A stretch of DNA of 64,000 nt from Limisphaerales bacterium. Its GTDB lineage: Bacteria > Verrucomicrobiota > Verrucomicrobiia > Limisphaerales > JAJOIW01. Positions 57,195 to 64,000 of this stretch are shown here, piece after piece. The position numbers and the translations under genes were made by a program. Under the pieces are notes generated by a model. It had not been told where the DNA came from, searched no databases, and saw only the letters and a list, made by a program, of their open reading frames with translations. The stretch covers positions 129,160 through 193,159 of the forward strand of contig CBFHOE010000004.1 in NCBI GenBank assembly GCA_965657355.1, given 5' to 3'. Position 1 is the stretch's first letter. Each line of letters begins with the position of its first letter.

Positions 57195-59099
57195 TTAAAA
57201 ATCAACGACCAAAGTGCCAGCTTTTCGCTTGGAATTCGATGCTTTAATTTCTTTCCAGCTCGCTTTGTTCGGTTGGTCATGACCAACTGAAATATTATAT
57301 GTCCCTTCTTTAAAAACATGAGGATGAAAAGATTTTCCGCTTACCCTGACGGTATATAAAACTTCACCACTTTTTTGATCAGTAACTTGGACCACTGGGT
57401 TTGATGTATTTTTAAATTTTAACTCTGGCAAATAATGAGTCGGTTGTCTGCCATCGTTGTCTTTCATGGCAATAGTTATTGGCCAGCCTTTGAATTGCTC
57501 CTTATCTCCTTTTTTGGCGTTGCTGAAACGAGGCCATGCTTCGAAAGTGATAGTTTTGCTATACTTGTTAAACCTAGCTATGCCATACCCGTCAGCTCTT
57601 TTGAGTTCATTAGATCTGTCTTCAGGATTTGCATAAGCCATCATATGTATTTTATTCCCTAATCCATCTTCGTAATCCCCAGTCCAAGGAAGAGGACTGT
57701 TATTGACTGGATTAGGACCCGCTTTTTCATCCTCTGGATGCCACCAGCGTCCATAAATAGTATTAACAATTGCAGGAGATGTGAATGCGTAAGGGCCATC
57801 TTGATGATTCTGTATTCCGTGTTTGACAACAACGGATAGATGTTGGTCCCCGCAGAGGTGGGGAGCCCAAGACCTTCTGATTGCTTCTAATGCTTTATTC
57901 CGCCCTGTTTGAGGCCATCCGTTTGAATCAAGGTCGGCCAGTAATCTATTTTTTGGATTTCCATGTAAGTGAACAGCACCACAAAAGGCTGTTTGTGAGA
58001 GGACTGCTTTCATTTTTGCCCCGGTCCAATCTTGGTTCCAAGTATTTAGGAAATGAAGTTGCCTATCTCCCAATAATTTGAGATTTGGCAGGTCAATAGC
58101 CGACCTATCATAAGAGGGATCATTAATATGATCTGGCCTTGGCCCCATTTTAGGAATTTTGCCCTTAGGGCCAGATTTAAATTTACGATCTTCTAAAATC
58201 GCAAAATCAACTCCGCCGACCCTCAGTCTTGTATAATAAACGGAAATATCTCTTTCAACAGGAGAAGGGTCGAATGGGTCTGGAAGATGCCAGGTCTGGC
58301 ACCTCTGAACCATATTGACATATTTGACTGGATAATAAAATCCTCCATCTGATCCAGCTGGAGAGCTTGCTTTTTTTCCATTTTCACCCCAAATGTTGCC
58401 TTGGCCTACGTCGTGGTCATCTGGAATCGAAATAGTGGGCCTGTCTTTTATTAAATCTCTAAATTGCATACCAAATTCAAGCCATCCGGCCGTATGCTGT
58501 GTGTGGTGATATGTCTGGTCTCCAGCAAAAAAAAGTAAATCCGGATCTTGATGAAGAAGGTTTTCAATTATTCGGGGTCTTGGCCCTCCTGTTCTACCGC
58601 TGTTACAGGATAAATTTGCGACGACGATAACTTTTTTATTTATGGGGTCTTTTCTGATTAACCCTCCAAATTCAGCTTTCGTTCCATGCCGAACGCGGTA
58701 TTTTACGTCCTTTGTATTATCCCAGTTCTCTGCTCTAAAATGTGAACTCCAACCGAGTTCTAAAATGGGCTGTGATTGAACTCTCGTCCATTCTCCATCA
58801 ATAAAAAACTCAAGATGAGAAATTCTCTCCTCTCCTGGTTTCAGGGGAAAGAATTGAGCAGATATTTTAAGAGTTCCTCTGTCGTGGGTATATAGAGTAA
58901 ATCCAACAACTTGATCTCTTGGAATATTGAGATTCAAATATTTTTTCTTGAATTTTCTATTCCACCAGCCATCTGTAGCGGCATTGTCCAAGTTCGGGAA
59001 ATCGGGGCCAAACGGTTTACCATCATTACCTTGGCACACCAATGCCAGGGCAGATAGAATAATAAGCATCCCTAAGGACCGCATAAATTTATAATACAT
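57195..59099 (-). CDS. PhoD-like metallophosphatase (secreted)
   Basis: 634-aa ORF with a signal peptide. Metallophosphoesterase-type motifs: FFAGDQTYHH, IPDDHDVGQGN, LGDRQLHFL and LCGDQHLSVV. An N-terminal beta-sandwich-like region precedes the catalytic core. The family assignment is by motif pattern only. Confidence 0.55.
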   Translation of the reverse strand: MYYKFMRSLGMLIILSALALVCQGNDGKPFGPDFPNLDNAATDGWWNRKFKKKYLNLNIPRDQVVGFTLYTHDRGTLKISAQFFPLKPGEERISHLEFFIDGEWTRVQSQPILELGWSSHFRAENWDNTKDVKYRVRHGTKAEFGGLIRKDPINKKVIVVANLSCNSGRTGGPRPRIIENLLHQDPDLLFFAGDQTYHHTQHTAGWLEFGMQFRDLIKDRPTISIPDDHDVGQGNIWGENGKKASSPAGSDGGFYYPVKYVNMVQRCQTWHLPDPFDPSPVERDISVYYTRLRVGGVDFAILEDRKFKSGPKGKIPKMGPRPDHINDPSYDRSAIDLPNLKLLGDRQLHFLNTWNQDWTGAKMKAVLSQTAFCGAVHLHGNPKNRLLADLDSNGWPQTGRNKALEAIRRSWAPHLCGDQHLSVVVKHGIQNHQDGPYAFTSPAIVNTIYGRWWHPEDEKAGPNPVNNSPLPWTGDYEDGLGNKIHMMAYANPEDRSNELKRADGYGIARFNKYSKTITFEAWPRFSNAKKGDKEQFKGWPITIAMKDNDGRQPTHYLPELKFKNTSNPVVQVTDQKSGEVLYTVRVSGKSFHPHVFKEGTYNISVGHDQPNKASWKEIKASNSKRKAGTLVVDF

Positions 59100-59182
59100 A
59101 ATGATAATTATATTTTTGATGTTGAACCAATCAATAAGATTTACTCACCTATCTCATTGGAAAATGATTTTAAAGCTATGGA

Positions 59183-60622
59183 TTACTGGATCCGCTCTGT
59201 TAAATACGAAGGCGGCATAATCATATTTTTTTGATGCTCGGTTATCGCCTTTTGGATTGCTTGAAATCCGGGGTGGCCTTGTGATTTTAATTCATGCTTT
59301 TCCGATGGATCGATGTCGAGATTGAAAAGCAGAGGTGGATCCTGCGAAATGTGCTTCTGCCCTCTGTAGGCGGTGTGTGTTTTAAAATGAGCTTTGTATG
59401 AGCCAACCCTAGCAGCATACAACTCGTCGCCATGGTAAAAAAACATTTCATTTCTTGGGCTTGCGGATTCACCTCTCAGCGTAGGCGCTAAATTATAACC
59501 ATCGAAAATTCTGTCTCCGGGAACTTGAATCTTTGCCAATGAAAGAATCGTTGGAAATAGATCCAATGTCGAACCGATTCCTTGCACTATCCCTGGTTTT
59601 ACTATCCCTGGTCCCCAGAAAATTGTGGGTTCTCTCATCCCGCCTTCCCAGCAACTTCCTTTTCCGTCGCGAAGTAAGCCTGCTGATCCTCCCTGTTCAT
59701 TAAAAGTAAGCCAAGGTCCATTGTCGGAGGTGAAAACGACTAATGTATTTTTATCTAGTGCATTGGCTTTTAATGCCTCTATGACTTTTCCTACAGACCA
59801 GTCGATTTCTTCAATGACATCCCCGTATAGACCTCGTCGTGATTTGCCCGAGAATGCCTCTGATGTAAACAATGGAACATGCGGAAGATTGTGTGCTAAG
59901 TAAATAAAAAATGGTTTTGATTTATTCTTATTTATGAAAAAAACAGCTTCTTCTGTGAACCTTTTTGTGATTGTAGTTTGATCTGCAGGTCGCTCAATAA
60001 TTTTTTCGTCTCTCATCAAGGGGACATTCCAATATTCAGTTCGGGGCTTAAGGAACGCCTGGCGTCTTTTTGGAGCAGTTGCTAATCGATCCATGTCGTT
60101 CGAATATGGGATGCCGTAGTAAGTATCAAATCCATGACTTGTAGGTAAAAACTCAGGTAGGTGCCCTAAATGCCATTTACCTATAGCAGCTGTGGCATAA
60201 TTTTTCTTTTTGAGTGCTTTCGCAATGGTGATTTCTGATTGTGGTAGGCCTCCGGCTGAATCTGGAAATAGAACCCATCTTTTCGTAGATGCCATTCCGG
60301 TTCTAGCTGGAAATCTGCCAGTAAGTAAACCGGCCCTGCTTGGAGTACACACATTTGCGGCTGCGTAAAAACTTGTCCATTTCTGACCCTCCGCGGCCAG
60401 TTTGTCTAGGTTAGGAGTCTTAATGGTCGGGTGTCCGAAGCAGGCGAGGTCACCATAGCCTAGGTCATCAGTAAAAATGACAACGATATTAGGAGGCGAT
60501 GGATTTTTTTCATGATGATCGGCAAAAGTTGGCAAACAAAAAATGAAAAGAAGACATAAAAAAGCCGCTACTTTACCAATTGACATCATGATATTTTTTT
60601 TAGTGCCTGAAAATGTGGTCAT
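59183..60622 (-). CDS. Arylsulfatase (formylglycine-dependent sulfatase family)
   Basis: 479-aa ORF with a signal peptide (the start could be Met12/13, MMSIGKVAAF...). Motifs: PNIVVIFTDDLGYGDL, the formylglycine motif CTPSRAGLLTGR, and GKWHLG. Confidence 0.9.
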   Translation of the reverse strand: MTTFSGTKKNIMMSIGKVAAFLCLLFIFCLPTFADHHEKNPSPPNIVVIFTDDLGYGDLACFGHPTIKTPNLDKLAAEGQKWTSFYAAANVCTPSRAGLLTGRFPARTGMASTKRWVLFPDSAGGLPQSEITIAKALKKKNYATAAIGKWHLGHLPEFLPTSHGFDTYYGIPYSNDMDRLATAPKRRQAFLKPRTEYWNVPLMRDEKIIERPADQTTITKRFTEEAVFFINKNKSKPFFIYLAHNLPHVPLFTSEAFSGKSRRGLYGDVIEEIDWSVGKVIEALKANALDKNTLVVFTSDNGPWLTFNEQGGSAGLLRDGKGSCWEGGMREPTIFWGPGIVKPGIVQGIGSTLDLFPTILSLAKIQVPGDRIFDGYNLAPTLRGESASPRNEMFFYHGDELYAARVGSYKAHFKTHTAYRGQKHISQDPPLLFNLDIDPSEKHELKSQGHPGFQAIQKAITEHQKNMIMPPSYLTERIQ

Positions 60623-60748
60623 GCCATAGGACCATATATAGTTTTACAGTTTTGTCAGTCCAATTTAATCATTCCGCTGGATTGAAAAATTTCGTGTAGA
60701 TCCCACTTACTTCTTGCAATTCATGCAGGACCGGTTTTAGAAAGCATA

Positions 60749-61624
60749 ATGAGTCCCACTCAAGCAATTCCAGTTCAAATCGCTGATGCATCGACTGGAA
60801 AACTTTCTCCGTGCCAAGATTTAGTGGTAACTGAAGACCCTTTGACAATTGAAGTTGAATATGGTCCAGAGTTTGAAAGAAGACGCGAGATTTTTGCGAC
60901 TACTATGAGAACGCCTGGAAATGACTTGGAACTTGCTATCGGTCTTTTATTCAGTGAAGGAGTTATAAGTGGACCTAAAGATGTTTTTTTCGCTAAAGAA
61001 ATGTGCCCCGGTTGCGACGAAGATAGGGGAATAAGTCGAGTATTAATCGCATTGCCGCCAGGAAAGGTCTTCAACCCACAGGATCATCAAAGAAATTTAT
61101 TAATTTCAAGTAGTTGTGGAATATGCGGAAAAATTGATCTTTCCAAAATTCAAAAGCTAAAGGACCAAAAAACACCTAATAGACATCCGAAAGCTATCTG
61201 TAATACCGAACATGAAAGTCATTACCTGGCCCAACTCTCCCAAAGCGTGAGAGAAAAACAAATTTTATTCAAGCATACGGGGTCGGTCCATGCTGCAGCA
61301 TTATTTGATCCCCATGGAAATATTCTTAGCGTGCGGGAGGATGTGGGTCGACACAATGCTATGGACAAATTAATTGGGGGTCTCGTCTATCAACCCAACT
61401 TACTCTCCCAAGTATCAGGTGTTTTCTTCAGTGGGCGTACGAGCTATGAACTGATACAAAAATCCATTATTGCTGGTATTTCATTGGTCGTATCCGTTGG
61501 TGCTCCATCGAGCCTCGCCATTAGTCTCGCTGAAGCAGGGGGGATAACCTTGGCTGGATTTTTAAAACCAAATCGATACAATATTTACACCCATTCAGAA
61601 AGAATTAAGCAACCAGCCCCATGA
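60749..61624 (+). CDS. fdhD: Formate dehydrogenase accessory sulfurtransferase FdhD
   Basis: 291-aa ORF. Motifs: SSSCGICGK, GSVHAAALF, VGRHNAMDKLIG and SGRTSYELIQK. Confidence 0.85.
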   Translation: MSPTQAIPVQIADASTGKLSPCQDLVVTEDPLTIEVEYGPEFERRREIFATTMRTPGNDLELAIGLLFSEGVISGPKDVFFAKEMCPGCDEDRGISRVLIALPPGKVFNPQDHQRNLLISSSCGICGKIDLSKIQKLKDQKTPNRHPKAICNTEHESHYLAQLSQSVREKQILFKHTGSVHAAALFDPHGNILSVREDVGRHNAMDKLIGGLVYQPNLLSQVSGVFFSGRTSYELIQKSIIAGISLVVSVGAPSSLAISLAEAGGITLAGFLKPNRYNIYTHSERIKQPAP

Positions 61625-61628
61625 ACCA

Positions 61629-63950
61629 ATGAGTATGAATAAAAATGATCCACAATTATCAGAAGCTCGTGCTCAAGGACCTGATGAGTTTTTGGACCTC
61701 AAACTAGGTAATCCCTCAAAGACGGCAGCTGGGGCCAAAGCCGTAGGAGTGGCATTAAACCATGTTATGTCCGAGATGAACCCCGTTCGAGGACTAAAAG
61801 CATTGAATTCTCTCAATAAAATCGGGGGGATCGACTGTCCAGGGTGCGCCTGGCCAGATCCTGATGATGAGAGATCCTTGCTCGGTGAATATTGTGAAAA
61901 TGGAGCAAAAGCGATTGCTGAGGAGGCCACTGAAAAAAGTATAGGAAGAGAATTTTTTGGTTTAAATGATGTCCATTCACTTTCCCGCCTTACAGATCAT
62001 GAAATTGGTAAACTAGGTAGAATTTCTGAACCCCTTATTCTTAAAAGGGGAGTGCCATACTACCACCCCATCTCTTGGAAAGATGCTTTTATTTATATAG
62101 CTGATTTTCTTCGCAATCAAACAACTCCTAAAAAATCAGTATTTTACACTTCGGGAAGAACAAGTAATGAAGCCGCTTTCCTTTATCAACTATTTGTAAG
62201 GCAGTTCGGAACAAATAATTTGCCAGATTGTTCAAATATGTGTCATGAATCAAGTGGAGTCGCGCTAAAGCAAACACTTGGACTTGGCAAAGGGTCAGTA
62301 ACTTTGGAAGATTTTAATAATGCAAAAATTATTTTTATCGTAGGCCAAAATCCAGGGACGAATCATCCAAGGATGCTTACGGCCCTGCAGAAAGCGAAAA
62401 GGAATGGTGCTAAAATCGTTTCTATCAACCCACTTCCTGAGGCTGGCCTGATGGGCTTTAGCAACCCGCAAGACCCTCGGCAATTTATCGGAGGTGCCAC
62501 ACGGTTATCTGATCTTCATATTCCTTTGCGAATAAACACCGATGTGGCCCTCTTGAAAGCAATTCTTCTAAAACTCATAGAAAAAGACGACGAAAACCCT
62601 AATACAGTTATTGATAAATCTTTTGTAGAATCAAAAACAGAGGGGTTTGACGAATTTGCCGGACACATAAGAAAACAAAAATTTAGTTCACTTGTCAAAG
62701 AGTGCGGCGTTGATGAAGCCTTGGTTCTTCAACTTGTTGATTGGCTGTCGGAAACAAGTCAATTTATCACCTGTTGGGCTATGGGGCTAACTCAGCACAA
62801 AAATGCAGTCGATAATATTCGTGAAATAGTCAATTTACACCTGCTCAAGGGCGCTATAGGAATTCCAGGAGCAGGAACATGTCCTGTTAGGGGGCATAGC
62901 AATGTTCAGGGAGATCGCACAATGGGCATTTGGGAAAAACCAACTATGGCTTTTCTTGATAAGCTCGAGTCTGTATTCGACTTTAAGCCGCCTAAAAGAG
63001 CCGGCTTTAACACTGTTCAGGCTATCGAGGCTATGAAAAATGATAATGTGGACTTTTTTATGGCGATGGGAGGGAATTTTTTGTCCGCATCGCCAGATAC
63101 GGAGTTCACAGCAGAGGGGTTGAGGAAATGCAAGCTCTCCGTCCACGTTTCTACAAAACTCAATCGTACGCATTTGATACATGGAGAGACTTCAATAATA
63201 CTTCCGTGCCTTGCAAGATCAGATCAGGACCTCTCCGGTAATAGGAAGAATTTTGTTACAGTTGAGAATTCCATGGGGATAGTGCACAAAAGCCAAGGAA
63301 ATCTAAAACCTATCTCCAATTCACTAATCAGTGAACCAAACATTGTTACTTATCTCGCTCTACAATTATTCGGTGAAAAGTCTCCAGTGAAATGGCATGC
63401 TGTTTTAAACAATTACCCACAAATTCGAAACTGGATCGAAAAGACGATTCCTGGCTTCGAAAATTACAACCATAGAATAGACAAACAACCCGCCGGATTT
63501 TATTTACCCAATGGGCCGAGAAAAAGACATTTCACAACACCTTCCAAAAAAGCTCAATTTACGATAAATAAGAAGTCAAAATTTTTAATACCGGATGGAC
63601 ATTTCCTCATGATGACAATGAGAAGCCACGATCAATTCAACACCACTATTTATGGCCTAAATGATCGATACCGGGGAATCTACAACGAGAGAAGAGTTGT
63701 CTTTATTAATGCGAATGATTTGGAAAAAAATGGTTGGGTATCCGAGCAGGTAGTCAATTTATCCTCATATTCAAATGACAGGGAGCGAGTGGTAACAAAC
63801 TTCAAATTAATCCCATATCCCATTCCAGAGGGGTGTGTCGCTACTTATTTTCCAGAATGTAACCCATTGGTCCCACTAGAATCATTCGCACGTTCAAGCC
63901 ATACCCCGACTTCAAAAAGTGTGGTCATAAAAATTCACCCTGCAAATTAA
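61629..63950 (+). CDS. Molybdopterin oxidoreductase, FdhF/YdeP-like (oxidoreductase alpha molybdopterin subunit family)
   Basis: 773-aa ORF starting 4 nt after fdhD. Motifs: the N-terminal GGIDCPGCAWPDP...YCENGAK cysteine pattern, CSNMCHESSG, IFIVGQNPGTNHPR and GHSNVQGDRTMG. The ORF is uninterrupted, with no in-frame TGA. Confidence 0.8.
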   Translation: MSMNKNDPQLSEARAQGPDEFLDLKLGNPSKTAAGAKAVGVALNHVMSEMNPVRGLKALNSLNKIGGIDCPGCAWPDPDDERSLLGEYCENGAKAIAEEATEKSIGREFFGLNDVHSLSRLTDHEIGKLGRISEPLILKRGVPYYHPISWKDAFIYIADFLRNQTTPKKSVFYTSGRTSNEAAFLYQLFVRQFGTNNLPDCSNMCHESSGVALKQTLGLGKGSVTLEDFNNAKIIFIVGQNPGTNHPRMLTALQKAKRNGAKIVSINPLPEAGLMGFSNPQDPRQFIGGATRLSDLHIPLRINTDVALLKAILLKLIEKDDENPNTVIDKSFVESKTEGFDEFAGHIRKQKFSSLVKECGVDEALVLQLVDWLSETSQFITCWAMGLTQHKNAVDNIREIVNLHLLKGAIGIPGAGTCPVRGHSNVQGDRTMGIWEKPTMAFLDKLESVFDFKPPKRAGFNTVQAIEAMKNDNVDFFMAMGGNFLSASPDTEFTAEGLRKCKLSVHVSTKLNRTHLIHGETSIILPCLARSDQDLSGNRKNFVTVENSMGIVHKSQGNLKPISNSLISEPNIVTYLALQLFGEKSPVKWHAVLNNYPQIRNWIEKTIPGFENYNHRIDKQPAGFYLPNGPRKRHFTTPSKKAQFTINKKSKFLIPDGHFLMMTMRSHDQFNTTIYGLNDRYRGIYNERRVVFINANDLEKNGWVSEQVVNLSSYSNDRERVVTNFKLIPYPIPEGCVATYFPECNPLVPLESFARSSHTPTSKSVVIKIHPAN

Positions 63951-63956
63951 TTGTTT

Positions 63957-63990
63957 AGTCGTTCAAATTTACCTTTATGACGACTTTTTT
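63957..63990 (+). terminator. Weak candidate terminator after the molybdopterin oxidoreductase gene
   Basis: AGTCGT (63957-63962) pairs with ACGACT (63980-63985) and is followed by TTTTT. The stem is only 6 bp and the loop is 17 nt. Confidence 0.3.
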
Positions 63991-64000
63991 GATCTTTGTT

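Noticed and set aside
61629-63950. Possible selenocysteine (in-frame TGA) in the formate-dehydrogenase-like molybdoenzyme.
   Set aside because: The ORF is continuous over 773 codons, with a Cys-containing CSNMCHESSG segment at the expected ligand position. No recoding is needed.

Overview
This 64-kb window is densely coding chromosomal DNA: 42 protein genes (one truncated at the left edge), one tRNA, and short intergenic regions. I found no transposase, integrase, phage genes, CRISPR array or rRNA. Housekeeping and envelope genes dominate: dnaB, bamA, skp, miaB, purM, alaS, cca, lpxI, a GT9 heptosyltransferase and a rhomboid protease. The rest are accessory functions typical of a marine polysaccharide-degrading member of the PVC superphylum, probably Verrucomicrobiota-like (taxonomy inferred from gene content only). 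These include a sulfatase, a PhoD-like phosphatase, a DUF1080 protein, a SASA-type esterase, a PVC-type heme-binding dehydrogenase, a giant LTD/CotH surface protein and two orphan hybrid histidine kinases. The DNA looks moderately AT-rich by eye, and most genes have A-rich leaders without a Shine-Dalgarno sequence. The best candidates for undescribed biology are: (1) a two-gene membrane/periplasmic module of unknown function at 21027-23845 with repeated His motifs; (2) a DUF116-polyprenyl synthase fusion at 3232-5043, downstream of two tandem Cys/Met-type PLP enzymes; (3) a four-gene oxidative sugar cluster at 16664-20488 whose enzyme set matches the L-galactose route better than the L-fucose route; (4) a hybrid kinase with a visibly degenerate ATP-binding domain; (5) a PD-(D/E)XK nuclease fused to an XPD/DinG-type Fe-S helicase; (6) a 326-bp convergent intergenic region with a perfect 14-bp palindrome straddled by two SD-preceded mini-ORFs. 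All functional calls rest on motif recognition by eye, and no database search was run.
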